Part shown: in pieces, positions 41,628 through 42,793 of the stretch
Layout of the letters: each line of letters opens with the position of its first letter
Position numbering within the stretch: the stretch's first letter is position 1
Source of the DNA: Ministeria vibrans ATCC 50519
Lineage: Eukaryota > Protista > Filasterea
DNA: 42,793 nucleotides
NCBI GenBank assembly: GCA_943704425.1
Contig: CALSCP010000159.1
Span: 1 to 42,793 of the forward strand
Direction of reading: 5' to 3'
Translations under genes and position numbers: made by a program
The notes under the pieces: generated by a model
The model's input: the letters and a program-made list of their open reading frames with translations, nothing else
Told to the model about the DNA's origin: nothing
Database searches by the model: none

Positions 41628-42613
41628 ATGTCCTCACCGCCGGCGTCACCTCCACCGGGCGAACCTCGGAAGCGAAAGCGGCGCATCCTCAACCTCTACT
41701 ATGGTGTTGGCGAGAAGAGGTAATACAAATCGCATTATCAGAACACATCCGCCACACCACTCGCTTCTTCGTCACGCCCCTCCTCGCCCTCGCATCGGCA
41801 TTTATCCAGCCGGGTCACATCCAATCTAGAATGGTCGATGAGGGATATTTTTTTTCTCGCAAATTTTGTTCTTTTCTGTCGATCGGTCTTGGTTGACTCT
41901 CTCCCTCTGGTCCCTTCCATGCCTGCTATCGCGATAGCTTGCTCTCATACAACCCGGCTCATTGCTAGCCATAGTGCCTGACGCACAATACTAACCTGTC
42001 GGGCTCTCTCGTCTCTCAGCGACATTGGCGAGAAGAGCGTCGTCGATCCCTGCAACATTGATGGGCCCCACTTTGATGCCAAGGTACGCGCGTGAACGAA
42101 CCACCTCAGTGCAGTCTTTGAATTCTTTTCTTGTGCGTTGGTATCTCCTAGGCGTACCTCGACAAGCAACTTCAGGCATGTCAACTTCCCCAGCTCTTGC
42201 AACTCTCGCAGAAGGTCTCAAGTGGTACGACGACGCACATCAATCATTTCATGATATCATGTGGGTCTCACCCCTTCCCCGTCTTGTTCTCTGTGCAGAA
42301 TTGGGTTCTCTCGACGGCGACATGCAAACGCTTGTCTACGAAAACTACAACAAATTCATCAGTGCCACCGACACCATCAGACAAATGAAAAGCAAGGTAC
42401 ATACATTCATCCGACCTCTCAAATTTCTTTTCTGTATCCTTCTAATCCACACCGGGAATTCAGGTTGAGTCAATGGAAGAAGAAATGCGTGCACTCGACA
42501 ACACAATGCAGACGATCAATGGATTCAGCGAGGGCATCAATGCTGCCCTCAAAGACAAACACACACGCATTGCAAAGCTCTCCTCGGTTCATCTCCTCCT
42601 CAAGAAATTGCAG
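41628..42613 (+). CDS. VPS51: GARP/EARP complex subunit VPS51 (Ang2), first 5 exons; continues beyond the window
   Basis: LNLYYG; [18 protein letters not shown]; [27 protein letters not shown]; [15 protein letters not shown]. Confidence 0.93.
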
Positions 42614-42672
42614 GTATGCATTTTCTCCTTCAGATTTTTTGTCTGACACACACACACATACATACATACATA

Positions 42673-42791
<119 letters not shown>

Positions 42792-42793
42792 AC

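Overview
Compact, intron-rich eukaryotic DNA read with the standard code. The very animal-like CapZ-alpha and a three-qRRM hnRNP F/H protein suggest a unicellular holozoan protist (inference). Introns are short and packed with microsatellites. There are five assembly gaps (2970-3497, 8175-8184, 12904-12913, 17977-17982, 39955-39963). Hand-spliced genes, in order: secreted NHL-repeat protein (partial), an orphan copine fragment, two tandem C2H2 zinc-finger paralogs, DMAC1-like, hnRNP F/H-like, TMEM209, Asterix, mitochondrial-type IleRS (N-half), GH33 sialidase (3' end), CapZ-alpha, NFX1, peroxisomal bifunctional enzyme, an ABCF2-exon-1/IleRS-C-terminus chimera, a Cys-rich/mucin/TRP-like membrane protein, a candidate MITE, an unknown disordered protein, a secreted PL8 chondroitin-type lyase, SPCS3, tRNA-Thr(AGT) and VPS51 (partial). 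Most interesting: (1) the zinc-finger paralogs differ almost only by amino-acid-changing substitutions; (2) IleRS is split by a foreign ~10.6 kb block, and its C-terminus splices in frame to an ABCF2 first exon (possibly a misassembly); (3) an intron-containing, catalytically intact, secreted PL8 lyase from the family of the bacterial choanoflagellate mating inducer EroS; (4) a dispersed intronic 12-mer, CTATCACTTTGT; (5) GTAC as the commonest 5' splice site. All gene models and counts were made by hand and need confirmation.
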